Shown here piece by piece: positions 1-14,289 of a stretch of DNA of 64,000 nt; the stretch's first letter is position 1, and each line of letters begins with the position of its first letter. The notes under the pieces were generated by a model. That model saw only the letters and a program-made list of their open reading frames with translations. It was not told the origin of the DNA and searched no databases. Source of the stretch: Paraspadella gotoi (taxonomy: Eukaryota > Animalia > Chaetognatha); contig CM119263.1 in the NCBI GenBank assembly GCA_051294375.1, positions 7,143,044 through 7,207,043 of the forward strand. Reading direction: 5' to 3'. A program made the position numbers and the translations under genes.

Positions 1-98
1 GTCTTCGGCGGAGGTTCTCTACAGTTTGTCAGGATGAAAATATGAAAATATGAAAATATGAAAAAATACTTTAAAAAAAATACTTAAAATACTAAGAC

Positions 99-177
99 GT
101 GAGCGATGGGTGTTCCGCCGGTAATTACGTCCACGATTGTTAAGTGCCAAACTTGATAAACGTGGGGGAGTTTTTCG
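99..177 (-). CDS. Candidate exon (EKLPHVYQVWHLTIVDVITGGTPIAH) of a gene running off the window start
   Basis: tttctatttctcgcAG acceptor. An 80-nt AT-rich intron 98-19 has GT, a CTGAC branch motif and tgtAG; the next exon (18-1) is open. Confidence 0.3.
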
Positions 178-1576
178 CTGCGAGAAATAGAAACAAAGGT
201 TGTGGAGAGTATTATTATAAATAAGAAAATAAAATCCCCATACTAAATACGAATTCTTTGTAAATTCCTATGCTCGCTAGGAAACGTTACTTTATTTAGT
301 AATAATTTAGTCTAGTTTTTCCTCTTTACGACATATTAAGAGTGATGCAGACAGAAAAATGAAATGAATTAATTATGGACTCGAACGCGATAGAATGTGG
401 CTTCTTCTTTCCTTCTTTTTTTTTCCAAGTTAAATAAATCGAGTGATAAAAAAAGGTTCCAGAACCTGTTAGTTCAGGGACGCGCCACGCGGTCGAAATT
501 GAGGCGAAATTTGCTGGATGGATTTTTAAAATTTGGATCAAGAGGTGAGGGCAAAAAAAAATGGTTTGGTATATACTACGAGGCTTCCGGACGACGGAGC
601 TGCAAAAAATGGGCACTTTTTGTTCCTATTTCCTGAATCTATTAAACTATTAAACAATATTTTCATTATGAAAAGTTTATTATTACTATTACTATATTTA
701 CTATTACTAATTACTATGTTTACTCTTACCATTACAAAATGCATAATCCAATCCATACTGCTAATCCATAACCATAATCCTTAATCTTAAAAACCAAAAT
801 CTCTAACCCTTTACAAAATTTCTAACCAAATCTCTAAAGTCTCGACCACCTCCAATCTAACCTAATCTTTAACCAAACCCCTCGCTAACATCTAACCTAA
901 TCTTTATTCTGAATTTAAGCCGAAATTGGAGCGCTTTCGGAAAATATAGCCAAAAAAGATTCGGCGTCGCGCCCTCGAGTGGTTGCAAATTGGGTGAGCG
1001 ATGCGTCGGAGTCTTTTACTACTTTGATGGCGAATTGGGGTGGAGGGGGGGCGGTGGTAGGGGGGGGGAGAGAAACGATTGGAGATTTTCGAGAGAAAAA
1101 TCGGAGGGGAAAGAGGAAAATTGGGGTCAAGACACGAGAAGACAAAAAATTTACGGGATTTAGGATCCTCGCTTAACGACGGAATAAAAGAAGAACGCCA
1201 GCCAAGATAAGCTCGTTAGTTTGATAAAATAAAAGGAGAAAGGGAAAGATATAAAAAAAGAGGGAAGATATAAAAAAGGGAAGGAATGAATGAAAGAAGG
1301 AATAAAATATAGAAAGAAAAGGGCTTAAAAAGGAAAGAATGAGAAAAAAAAGGGAAAAAATGTAAAAAAAAGGAAGAGAGATAGATAGATAGAAAGAAAG
1401 AAAGAAAGAAAGAANNNNNNNNNNAAAAAAAAAAAAAAAGAAGGAAAGAAAAAAAAAAGAAAATAGCGAAAGAAAATGGAGGCACGGCTTCGCTCCAAGG
1501 GTTGATATGAAAAGGTCATCGCCAGAAAATGTCAGGGGAGGCAACAAGATTTCGCGGGAGGAAAGAGGAAAGAATG

Positions 1577-1615
<39 letters not shown>

Positions 1616-2549
1616 ACGAGCGAGCGACAATCGAGATTGAATGAGGCCGGCGATGAGTCCAGACAAGGGTTTGTGAAGCGAGAGGAAAAAAATCGCGCCT
1701 TTTTTAGAGAAGAAAAGTGAGAGAGAGAGAGAGAGAGAGAGAAGGTCGAGGAGGAGCAGGAGCAGGAGCAGGAGGTGATGGGAGAAGGAAAGAGGAGTAA
1801 GGGGGATAGAGCGGGTAATGAGAGGTGAGAATAAGATTTAGATGAATAGAACTTTGTTTAAGTACAGTTGTAATTCCTGTAAACTTCTAGAGAAAATAAA
1901 AACAAGAATTAAACCAACCAATGTTTTACATATAGAAATATAGAAACAGGGATTGTGAAACTCCAAATATAAACAACAACTCTGTTTGTGACACCAAAAA
2001 TGACCAATCCAAATCACTGTGAAGACTCAAGATTGTTCTCACGAGAACAACAACACGAGAAGCAACGAAGCAGGAGAGCAGCGAAGCAGTAAAGCGGCGG
2101 AGCAGCGCCTGATTCACGATGCGAAACTAAGGACGCGACTTCAGACATTTTGTGAGAAGACTGACGGAATTTCATGGTCTCGTTGAGCCGGAGAGTCCGA
2201 AGTTCGAGACCCGACGGGGACGTCGACGCTATCGATGGGTGGCGCCGCGTCTCGATCTTGGAAAGAAATAATAGCGAAGACATCACGACGCCGTTTAACG
2301 CTTTGGGGGTTGTTGAGGGGAGGGGGGGTGAATGGGAATGGGGGAAAGGAGAGGAAGAAGCGGTGAAAGTTGTTGTGAGAAACGAAAATGGGAATAGAAA
2401 GGAGAAAATAAAGTTGAGTTGTTGACGGAGAAAAAAAGAAAATAGAAAATGTAGAATTGTAGATTATAGCTGGCGATACAATCGACCTCTTGATCGACAC
2501 CGATATATTTCGCCTGGAAATCCTTATCCTTTTTATTCTCATTTTATTT

Positions 2550-2601
<52 letters not shown>

Positions 2602-2809
2602 TCAAGAAGTAAAAAAAAGGAGTTGATTTCGGTGGAAAAGCCAAAGGGAAGAAAGATGAAAGAAATACGTAATTCCGAGAGATAAAAAAATGGCGGCAAA
2701 CGAGTTTTTGATGAAAGACGCGACAAAAGATGGAAAAAAGGTGTGAAAGAGGCAGATCACCTGTGAGAGTGTGAATATCGTGATCCATAGATGAATGATC
2801 ACGTAATGT

Positions 2810-3073
2810 AGATTCCTCCATAAATTTTTAAATTTGTCAGAACGTTTTTCTCTTTTTTTTCCATTTTTTTTTGACACGCTAAACTTTTCTCTGATTACGC
2901 AAAATTTCATGAAAAAAATTAAAAAATTAATAGTACCAATAGTTAGTGTTATGTCTCGAATAGATGGAAAAAAAACCTCGTTTAAAAATTCGATCGGGAA
3001 GTGGGGTAACTAAGGCTTACCAATGGCATCCTCCACGCCAATCGTTCTCTCAAATAATTTTTTTTATTTAATA
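2810..3073 (+). repeat. Dispersed repeat copy A (part of a probable non-autonomous DNA transposon extending to ~4720)
   Basis: Colinear with 22090-22355 (tctctgatta, gttatgtctc-aatagatg, taccaatggcatc-tcca-gc-aatcgttct). A 15-mer aagtggggtaactaa also recurs at 13473-13487. Confidence 0.7.
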
Positions 3074-4862
3074 CATTTGAAAGGGAAAAAAAGAAATTCA
3101 GAATGCAGGTTGCAGAAAGGTACAGATAATCTGGACATACTGACATGATAATCATGACCTTTTATGTCTTGTGAAATGGGGGCAGTAAAGAAACCTAAAA
3201 AATTCGATCATTAAGTCAGTCAATGAACCCTTTCCAATGGGCTATTCCGCGAAATTTTTTTTCTTAATTTAAACGGATGATAAGTAAAAGAATTAAATTC
3301 CTTGTATAAAGGTTGTTATATTTAAAAAGAAAATTATCAATACAAATAAACACAATGATGTCTTGCTTTGTCAAATATGTCACCAGCTATGTAATTTTTT
3401 AAAATTTTATTATGATAAACAAGCAGCGTGTCAGCTTTTGTTTGCAGTTGAAGATAATGAAAAATGACAATTTTTTTTTCACAGACAAGAAGGTAGACGT
3501 CCAGACTGTTTATATCAATCTGAAAATATTTTTGTATTTATCATTTTTCAAATTTAAAAAAACATTTTATCCAGCTACTTCATAAATTTTTGCTTGTTTT
3601 TTACTTTAACTAAAAAATACAAGCAAATTTATAGAGTAGAGCAAATTTAATGGTAATCAAAATGTAATTTAGTCTTTCCTTTTTCAAATTACGAAAGAAA
3701 AAAAAAATTTCACATGCTTCATTGAAATTTTTAATGCAAAAAAACTGTTATACTTTTAACTCCGATTTAAATAAAAGCTGTGTAAAGTTTATGGATAAAA
3801 TTTAATAAAACTATTTCAGAGAGGTGTCCCATGATTAGGGCTTTAATTTAATACCTCACCCACTTTCCTACCTCTTTTCTTTCCAAAGTTATTTAAGAAA
3901 ACTTTTTTTTACCGTGAGAGAACTAAGGATTTGAACTACGCAGTACAAATCTTTGTTAAATAAAAATTTCAGCAAAGCGGGAGTATCTCAATTATCCTAT
4001 TGTACAATACCTAAATTTTAAAATAAAACTTAAAGAAAAATTTTCCGTCCTCTAGAGACATATCACTTTCAGGTTTACCATTCGTCTTACACATTTATGG
4101 ATTATGCTGGAAGAAATCAGCAAAACGTTTCTCTTTTTTTTAAATAGTTTACTAGCGCGTCAGAAATCTAAGAAGAAACTCGAAAATTTTATTCTGACAA
4201 ATTTTGCCTTTCAAGGCTGACGTTTATGACTATATCTCGAAACCATTGTAGGAATTTAAAAACGGTTTTTTGCAAGTGAATATTGATATCATCCTCCAGG
4301 GACCGGCATAAAAATATATAAAAAAATAAACTAATATTGGCTCTCGAGTGAGGTATCTACGTAATGAGATGTTTTGAAAAACGTCTCAGAACTTGTACAG
4401 TGTACACAAACAATTTTAGCTACGAGTACTTTTTAAAATTTTTAATTTACAGAAAGTGATAAATACTAAGATGCTTTTTGAGCATAATTTTCAAAGTAAC
4501 GTTGTCACGTGATCATCAGATTATGCGTTCACATAAAAAGGTTACTTAATCGAAAAAACTCGTTTCTTTTTTTTCACATTTCTTGTACAGAATTAGAAAT
4601 ACATAAAAGTAACATATTGCGTCTCTATTCGTCTACTAACAAAATAAAAAAAGGCAAAAAAATAAAGGCGAAAAAAAATGTGAGTTTGGCCAAAAAGATT
4701 CGTTTCTGTCCACTAATCTAAGCGTCAGGATTTGACCTCAAGGAAAATATTCAGAGGGAAGAAAAGATAAAGAAAGGAAAAGTCCAGAAAAAAATATGGA
4801 AAAAAAATGCTACGGGAATAAGAAAGAGAGAAAATGGAGATGGAGGGGAAAACGACATCTAG

Positions 4863-4915
<53 letters not shown>

Positions 4916-6115
4916 TGAATTTTGAATTTGAAAAACAAAAGTGCGAGCTTTAGGCTTGTACTTTAAACAGCCCTAAAAAGCTACCTTATCTTATGATTTG
5001 TAAGTATTAATAGTTTTTTGAGTTTTCATGGTACTGAACAACTGATCAATTCTAATATTCTAGTGGACAATAGGCATGGGCTCTTTCTAACTCACAATTT
5101 AAGCAGACAGAGAGAGACAGAGAGAGAGAGAGAGAAAATAAAAACCACCACGGAAAAAAATCCGAGCTGATTTGTCACATACGATCGTCGTATATCTATG
5201 TTTATTCTATTCACATTTATCAAAATACTTCTGAAAATAAAAAAAAGTCGATAAATAACATCTGATCTGATAGTGAGAACATTTCCCTTTGCGAATCACA
5301 AACTACAAATCACTCGTAATGCTCCGGACCTTCCCTGTTTCGTGCACAATCTCTATTGGTGACCATCCGGCTTTTCACGCCGTCCCCCTACCCAGGCCTA
5401 CCCTCTTCCCCCTTTCTATTTTTCGCCCATTTTGTTTTGTTTTACATTTTTTTTTGTCTTTCATACAAAAAGAAAAAAAAAAGGGGATGGGGCGTTTTCT
5501 TTTTTTTTTTGGGTCGGACAGAAACCAATTTGAAACCAAAGTCGAGGGGAGAAAGTCGTTAAACGGAACAAGCTCATTACGAAGAAATGAAAGACTGAAA
5601 AGAGGGCGTGGTTGTGGAAGAGGGTGGGAGGTGGAAAGGGGAGGTGGGGGAGAGAAAAGGAAAAAAAAGTGGGGAAGGGGGAATTATAGGGAGAGGGAAT
5701 AAGGAGAAGGAAAGCGGTAATGAAGGAGAAGATATCGCTGTTCCAAGTGTGGACGAGGCGATAGCGGGAGGTCGTAAAAAATGAAGATAAAGGTTGGCAG
5801 AACCGTCGGCTTTCGGGAACGAGCTCGTGTATATAAATGACGAACTGTTATTGGCTTTATGCCAAAGGATTCTTTTACTGACTTATTGTAGTTTATTTTT
5901 ATTGTGGATTTAGGAAAGGATAGATGGATGGATGATAAGATCGATGGATTAAATACGTGATGAATGGATTGATTGACGCCGCCAACTGCAAGGAACGCTT
6001 GTCCAGAAGATGGCGCTGTCAGTCAAACCGTCGATGGTCGACCTGCGTCGAAAATTCTTTGAAGTTTGAACCATGGAATCTATGGAACGCTAGAGTTTCC
6101 TCTTCTCTCTCTCTC

Positions 6116-6167
<52 letters not shown>

Positions 6168-6317
6168 CTCTCTCTTCTTCTCTCTCTCTCTCCTCTCTCT
6201 CTCTCGCTCTCTCTCGTTTTCTTTCTTTTTTTCTTTATTTTTCTTACTGCTTTTCTTGGATTTTGTCAGAAGTCGTTCGAAAATCGTTTTTCTCAGAGAC
6301 TACTTTACCGAAACTCA

Positions 6318-6355
<38 letters not shown>

Positions 6356-7768
6356 TTTGCGCGTCTTCTTCGTCGTCTTCGGCGTCATTTTTGAAGACTT
6401 TACGGTCCAAGTCAGGCATTGCATTGAGTCTCAGACATTTTAAGCCGTCGTCGTCGTTTTCGTCGTCGTCGTCGTCGTTCATGTCTTCACTTTCTTTCAC
6501 TTCCTTCCTCTATTTAAAGTCACCTCACCAGCGACAGGAATCTTCACAGAATCTTTTTTAATCATCTTCACTGCTTCTTTCACTATTCATTCGTTCAGCC
6601 ATTAAAATTGCCTCTTTTTCTGTCCGACCAGTCAAACCTTCACACGCAGTTTACGAGTGCCACTTTGCTGTCTTTGTCTGTCTTTGTCTGTTTTTGTCTG
6701 TCCCTGCAGTGAGCTTTTTCTCTCCTCAAAAAAGCTTTCGTATATACGCTGTCTTGTGACTTTTAAAAAGTTAAAGATATATTAAATTAAATAAATTTAT
6801 CTTTTCATATATTTATTCTTTAATTACAAGTATAAGCAGATAAACTGGTTCCAGATCCTCTTTAACCATGGAATGCTATGGAACGCGCTCTGAGCTCGAA
6901 ACAAGACCTCACATTGTCTGACATTGTCTCAGTCGATGACGAAGAGGACGACTACAACAACAACAACAACGACAACGACAATGGTTTCCACGTCTAGGAC
7001 GTCGGAAAAGAAAATGAAAGAGTCAAGGGCGGGGAAGAGGAGGAGGAGGAGGAGGAGGAAGAGGATGAAGACTGAGACTGAGAATAAGAGAGAGAAAAGA
7101 AATGGCACCAAGGGGTGAGTTTTATGAGGATGGAATAGAGTGGAAAAGGCGGAGAGGGAAAGGGAGAAGGGGTGAGGCTAAGCGGCGGTGGTGAGGGGAG
7201 TAAAGATGCGCTGGGCGTCGGGTCGCGGGTCTGAGATTATTCGCCGATAACTTGGGAACTGACTCGCCATTGCAGCGAATTAAGAAGGTAAGTTTAAAAA
7301 AAAAAGAACTGAAGCAACTGGCGATGGAAGAGAGAAAAGGTAAGGATTATCTGAAGTAAGGTACGAACTCCGTCCACATCCTTTTCTCCTTTTTATAACG
7401 AGAGAAAAAAGATTATGTTGGCTCCGCGATGGGGGGGGGATGGCGACGCGCTCGCGTAATTGAAGTCACTCGGTTTTCCCCGTTTTAATTCACGCGCATG
7501 CGCGGGAACGTCGCTCTCCACGCGATCGATGGTCGGGTTTTTTTTTAATCCCACGCATTTTTCCAAATCCCCAATGTGGGGGGGGGCGGATGATAAGGGG
7601 GGCGGAATGTTTGATTAAAATTCTATTTTTTTTCTTCGCTAAAGTTAATTGAAATCCTTTATTTTGACGGTGCAGAGACAAGAAGAGAGAGAGAGGAAGA
7701 AAAAAAAGAAAATAAGTCTGGCTCGTCGTTTTTACTTGTCAAAAACAGGCTGAGAGAGAGAGAGGAGA

Positions 7769-7862
<94 letters not shown>

Positions 7863-7907
7863 TAAAAGAAAGAAAGAGTAAGAGAAAGAGAGTAAAAGAA
7901 AGAGAGA

Positions 7908-7976
<69 letters not shown>

Positions 7977-8883
7977 TTTCGTAAAAAGCGAAAATGGCGA
8001 AAAAATTGAAAGAAATCAGCAGAAAAATTGAGTTAATGACGTCGGCTCACCTGAAGACCGAAGGAAATGGAAAGGAGGCATGAAAGGGAAAAATGGAAAT
8101 AAAGGGATAAGAAGGGAAAGGAGTAGAATGGGGAGGGGAAATGGGGAAAAGGGGAGGGGAAATGGGGAAAAGAGGATGGGAAATGGAAAAGGGGAGTGGA
8201 AATGTAAATTAGCGATCGTTTTCCGAAGGTTGATAATGTTTTTTCGCAGATAAGATTTTCAAAAAAGAATCTTACTTTTCACAGTAGGTCCATTTTTTTA
8301 AACCGGTTGAGCAAATGCTAATGCATTTTTGATAGGATTTTTAATCAAAATGTTTTTGATTACGCTTTATGTTAAAATTATATTATGTATAAATATTTTG
8401 TTATAAATCTAGTTTTATGCTTTCATCACCCCTTATGTCACGGTACTATCACTATCATCGATTATCACTTTCGATCGCCACTCGTCACCTCGTCTTTTCT
8501 TTTATCACCAAGTCACATTAGCCGCGATCACAGCCTCGCATCTGTGATCACCGCTCTAAAGATAATAAAGCCGGCGACTCGCGACTTCATTATTTATCTT
8601 CGTGACGGACGGACGGACGGAGGGATGGAAGGACGGAGGGGATCGATGGGGTGAAAGGACGGACGGAGAGACGGACTAACAGACAAGTGGGCGTTCGGAG
8701 GGACAGACGGGCGAACCGAGACTTGGGGGGCGAGAGACGAACGGACGGATAAACATACGGACAGAAGAAAAGAAAGGAGAGATGGATGGATGAAAGGACT
8801 GGGTGGATGAACGGACAGACCGCTTCTCAAATACTGCATAATATATCCGTTTACTCCCTCCTTCTCATTTTCCAATCTCCGCC

Positions 8884-8936
<53 letters not shown>

Positions 8937-8966
8937 GTTCCGAAGTCCCTCACTCATTGAATTCAG

Positions 8967-9254
8967 CCTCGGAGTCTGCGATGGAGGATTTGGAATTCAT
9001 GAGATCGCCATGGCAACGACGACGAAGACGACGACGACGACGACGACGCCCATAGCGATCGGGACGGGATTTAGACTTCGACGGCGGTCGTTACGTCGAG
9101 CGTGGCGGCGCCGCCGGCCTCTCTTCGTCGTCCGCCCTGAAACGCCACCAAAGCCTAATTCTTCCCCTAACGTTTTACTGTTCGACCGCCCAACGCCGCC
9201 CCGTTCGACCGATCCATCCCAAGCCACTGCTTCCCCGTCTGCCAACCACGCGAG
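8967..9254 (+). CDS. Candidate exon (Thr/Arg/Pro-rich); strand ambiguous
   Basis: GC-rich island, attcAG ... AG|GTCGGT, 288 nt open. The minus strand is also open (8997-9347), ending in a basic patch plus a hydrophobic tail. Confidence 0.25.
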
Positions 9255-10152
9255 GTCGGTTAGAATATGTTCGATCCGGCTCTCTTGTGTACAACAGTGA
9301 ATGACTGTAGCCTTAAACCACCAAAGCCTGTCCAAAGTCAGGGGCAAGATAGCTTATTTATTAAATGAATGGATAATTTTTATATTGGTTGTACCAATTT
9401 CATAAGTTACTCATTTCTTATTAGGCGACTTTTTAAACTGACAAAAACAATATAGTAAATATCTTTAAACAAAAAAAGTATTCTTTCAAGTCACGTCCAA
9501 AGAATAAACCATTTTCAAAATAGAAATCAGATCTGCGATCGAAATTGGCTATTTATTCTATTCGAATTCACCCGATCTACATTTGGCTAAATAACAACAA
9601 AAAGTTACCATTTGTACTCATTTTTATCTTTTTACCGCAATTCACATCACTGAAGTAATCGCTATTTTTGCCAACAATGGGGAATGAGACGAGACAACGC
9701 ACATTTCTCGATAAAACGCGCCGCATCAACATCCAAATAATCGTCGCTCTCTTTCCAGCTCCATCAACGACCCCCTTTTCTGCATCAAAAGTACATCACC
9801 CCGCTCCCCATCAACTGCTTCTCTTCCCCCGACGATACAGACTGCATAAAATGAAGAGAATAATGCGGGAAGATGAGTCACTAANNNNNNNNNNGAGTGA
9901 TGAAACTCAGTCTGAAGATTGGAGAGAATCACCGAGCCAGTTAATTACTGGAGTTTATAGTGATTAGCAAGTCGCTGGATGATGGTTTGTGAGTGAGGGT
10001 GGGAATTATTGCTCGTGTGAGGTGAACGCCGTTTAGTTGAGTTTAGTTGAGTTCGAAGAGAGGCGACTGTTCACTGTGAGTGTTCAGTGTTCACGTCGGT
10101 GAAGGCCATCAGCAACCGTGATTATTGAAACTATCAGAGAGGAGAAGAGAAT

Positions 10153-10203
<51 letters not shown>

Positions 10204-12032
10204 GAGGGGAAACGAAATTAGGATTTTCATCCTTTTTTTTCCTTTTTCTTATTTTTTTTAATCTAATGGAAGTAGAAAGCTAATTACCTCAGGCAAAGGC
10301 TTAAGTCCTGATAACAGCTCTGTTGTTATCAGGTTTTATTCAACAGGTGGAGAGAGAGAAAATATTTAAGGCTTGAAAAATACGATAGATATATATATTT
10401 AAAGATGTTAATTAAGCGATTATTTTCTGAATCAAGCTCATTGGCATGCACTAAGCAAGTAAAGCAAGTAAAGCATGTAAAATGTACATGAAGGGGAAAT
10501 TAGAAGGTCATTCTCTCTCTCTCTCCTCTCTCTCTGTGCTTGTTTGGATAAAAAACAAAAAAACAAAAAAACAAAAAACAAAAAAACAATGAGTATTTTC
10601 TGTTTCACCGAAAATGAGATGTTGACACATATCCAAATTTCCATCAATGACGAATTATTAAGAAAATAATGAAACTAAACAAGAAAATAAAATAGGCCGT
10701 TACCCTCCAATCCGCCAACGCCGTCCCGTCATTCACGCTCGACGATTTCTTTAAGACGCTCATCTCCGATTAAAAACCATTGAATAATAAAGATTAAGGG
10801 GGAAAAAAAGGAAAGAAAAGGAAAAAAATAAAGGGGAAAAAAAAAAATCCCGAATGTTGAAAAATGAAGGTGGACGAGGGAGATAAGACGACGAGGAAAC
10901 GAAGCCTTTTATATCTAGAGAAGAGAGAAGATTGAAGTCTTGATGATTAATTCCTTTTTTTTTCTTTCTTAATTTCATTTTTTTCCCTCCCTTCTCTTTT
11001 CTTTTATTATGCGAAAAATAGGTTCTTAATGAACTTCAATGTAGGATCGCCGATATTCTTTAAACATCGACTTATGCAAATATGCTTTGAGAGAGAGAGA
11101 GAGAGCGAGAGAGAGCTTCGACCTGAATCGAAAGCTTCCCCGCTCGATCGCGCGCCAACATATTAACGTCTTTTCTGTCAGTTTATCGTTGTTTTGTTTT
11201 TCCTTTGTCACTCGCGAGAGGCGCGCGCGACTGTAAGTAGTGGCGTTTGATCATTTCTGAGAAAAGGTCCGTCGCTTCTTCGGTCGTCGCCCTCGGAAGT
11301 CAGTGACTGTCTCTTGTTAGAATTTTTCATCGCAATAATTTGAATAATTAAATTCACGTAAAATTAATAGGGGCGCCTAAATTAAAGTTACGTAAATAAA
11401 CTAATTTGAAGACAGCTGAAAAAGTTGTACGTAGTTTTTTTCATTTTTGGTGAGCATAAAATTTGTCTGATTTGCGATAAATTAACTTTTCTCTCCCTTA
11501 GTCGACCTTCCAAATATCATACTAATTAATTAATTAATTACTTTATTAATAAAAAAAAAATATTTTATGATAAAAATCTACGCCGCTGACTCCGATTCTC
11601 ATGAAAGCCGAACTCGTCATTTCGTCCCATTTTGTCTTTTCTATGAGATTCGCCCTTTTTTTCGCTCTTTTCTCGATTAGTCCCCATTTTCTTAGCCACG
11701 CCCCCCAGTCGCCCCCCCAGTCGCCCCCCACTCGCCCTCTTAACCCGGATCGGTCGCCCCTTTATTTTTTCCCCTCTCCACACATTTTAACTAACCCCAT
11801 AAACCCTTTTAAACCTCACTCCATCCCCCCCTAACAATTCTCCCACCCCCCCTCCCTAAACACCCAACCTCTCCCCCTTCGGCTCCCCGGATGGAAGATA
11901 AATCGGGTGTCGAGATCTCGTGCCATCCAATCTCTCCGGGGCGAAAACTTACCCTGTAACCCTAACCCAAAGGAAGACCTCGGCTCCGATCACGAATCGC
12001 TGCATTCTTATTAGATGCAGAATTATTTTCAG

Positions 12033-12083
12033 GGCGTCAGTCGACTTGTTGGATGTTACGATGCGGCGTCCGTCATCAACGCT
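12033..12083 (+). CDS. Candidate 51-nt exon followed by a well-formed intron 12084-12290
   Basis: ttttcAG acceptor and GTACGT donor. The downstream intron has a CTAAT branch-like motif (~12248) and a tttgtttctttacAG acceptor. Reading frame undetermined. Confidence 0.35.
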
Positions 12084-12693
12084 GTACGTTATACATTTTA
12101 CATTGTGCGCTTCACGTCGTACAATTTTCCCTTTTGTTAAAAAGATAATTTTTAACGGCAACGCTTAAATTAGATTGTCATTATTTTGGTTTAACTCGAA
12201 TAAGATATATATATTACAATTTTTCATGATAATATGATAATCGCAAACTAATCAACTCATACTGTCATTTTACTGTTTGTTTCTTTACAGCCTATACAAA
12301 CGATTTCTCTGTCGGACCAATTACTTTAACCCAGTTTAACTGTTGAACCATTCTCCTGTCACCGAAAAGACGTTTATATATGCAGCTGCATTTCTCAACA
12401 ATTATTCCGCGTCGTTTTACTGCTGAGCGATCATTGACCTCTTTTGCTCTTTGTGACTAATCTCGACTAACTCACTCGTCCACCCGAATTCTACCCTCAC
12501 CAAAAAATTCGCACACTTCCCCTCACCCCTCACCACAAATTCACACACTCCACACTCGGACCCTTACCCACACCCATACCCACAATATTACCCACACCCT
12601 CAGTCCCTCACCCAACTTCGCTCCGCTTCTCATTAACTCGGACTCGACTCGACCCTCCGTTCGGCTCGAGAAAAAAAACGTGAAGACGGTTGC

Positions 12694-12819
<126 letters not shown>

Positions 12820-14244
12820 TGCCCGACCGGTTCGCCTTCGTTTATGCAAATCAGTCGCCATCCCTTTTTTTTTTCGCTTCTCCTCGTTTTCGCATGTTTA
12901 CAACGCATCGTTGCTATGAAGTCGTTGCTATGGAGTCGTTGCTTGCGCGGTCTTTTCGTCATGGCAACGAAAGTCCGGGTTAGTTGGAGGAATTGAGAGA
13001 GAGGGCGTCTCCGGGTTGTTTTTTTTTCGACGTTTACTCTCCCAGTCGCTCCCTGTTTTCCAATCAAAACTTAATTGTTTCGAGCTATTTTTACTTTTGC
13101 TTCAATTTGTGTCTCGATTCTTAGTTAAGATTTTTTATTTCTTGGTCATGTTCTTCATTCCTGTTTAAAAATTTCTACAAAAATGCAACGACGACGACGA
13201 CGACGACGACGACGAAAAAGAAGATGAAAAAGATAAAATAAAAAAAAAAAGAAAAAAGGAAAAAAACGACGCGAGTGAGAAAATCCTTGGAGGTGAGTGC
13301 AGAGGTTTGGCGAACTCATCATGCGCCTCTGAGAAAAACCCAAAACTCACCTTAACCCCGAGAGAAGGATGAGGAATGAGAAGAAGAAGAGCAGGAAGAA
13401 GAAGAAGAAGAAGAAAATATAAATAGAAAAACTGGTCTAAGGTTTAAAAAAAGTGGGTAAATATCTTTATTTAAGTGGGGTAACTAACGCCGGCGCGTGA
13501 TGGAAGGAGAAGCCAAGGATATGGATAAACAACAAAATTATTAACAGGAATAAACAGACACGCTACTGCAAAAAGAATTGTGCCGTTTTAGTTGTACGTA
13601 AAATTTGTCATCACAATAGCTGCTTAGTTTATGAAAAGAAAAACGCCCTATTTTAATTTCTTTGTCACAAAAACGGGCTCCAGCTGCTCGGATAATATAT
13701 AGAGGCTTTATACCCTTGATAGGAAAGTAAATGCGACGGTTTAAAAATCGTTATCTTGTTATTTATTTATTTTTTTGAAGATGCCATTTTTTTGTGCTGT
13801 TTTGATGAGAAAATAAGCCCCACCTTTTTATGGCTCATTTCTGGGCCGACGGAAGGAGAACGAATCTCGAGGTAGGAATTATTATCAACAAAAGATTTAG
13901 ACTTAAATGGGGAAGAGTGAATCGGAGGAAGGAAAAGGAGGAAGGGGGAGGGAGGAAGGGAGGGAGGAAGATAGTATTTAAAGGGATGGAGGAGTGAGGA
14001 AGTTTCTATTAAGGAGAAGAGAAGGCTTAGGAAAATTTAAAGAGATTCGAGAATGCGTAAGAGACGAAGGAAGGACGAGAGAAATGATGGTAGAAAAGGC
14101 GAAGAACCTGGTGACATTTGGGAAAAAAAATGTGAAAAATTAAGATCTTTTAAAAACAAAAATAGTATGACCATTCAACAAAGAAAAGTTTTGAAAATTA
14201 AGAAGCTAAGTTGGAATTAGTTCAACAACGATTCATTTGTATTG

Positions 14245-14289
14245 TAACGGACATGTTTCGGCTTTATTTTCGAGCCTTCATCAGCGTCA
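14245..14289 (-). ncRNA. Minimal type I hammerhead ribozyme (Penelope-like element type)
   Basis: Minus strand reads UGACG-CUGAUGA-A-GGCU(CGAAAAUAA)AGCC-GAAA-C-AU-GUC-CGUUA. Both core boxes are intact, stem II has 4 bp, helix III is the palindrome ACAUGU, the cleavage triplet is GUC, and stem I UGACG/CGUUA has 5 bp (one G-U). Confidence 0.8.

Noticed and set aside
2460-2830. Minus-strand fragments resembling MFS helices (LWRNLHYVII…, AKYIGVDQE)
   Set aside because: Part of it overlaps the dispersed repeat at 2810-3073, and no coherent transporter can be assembled.
4482-4526. Minus-strand CUGAUGA...GAAA within a GCATAAT/ATTATGC inverted repeat
   Set aside because: There is no room for a third helix and cleavage triplet, so it is not a hammerhead topology.
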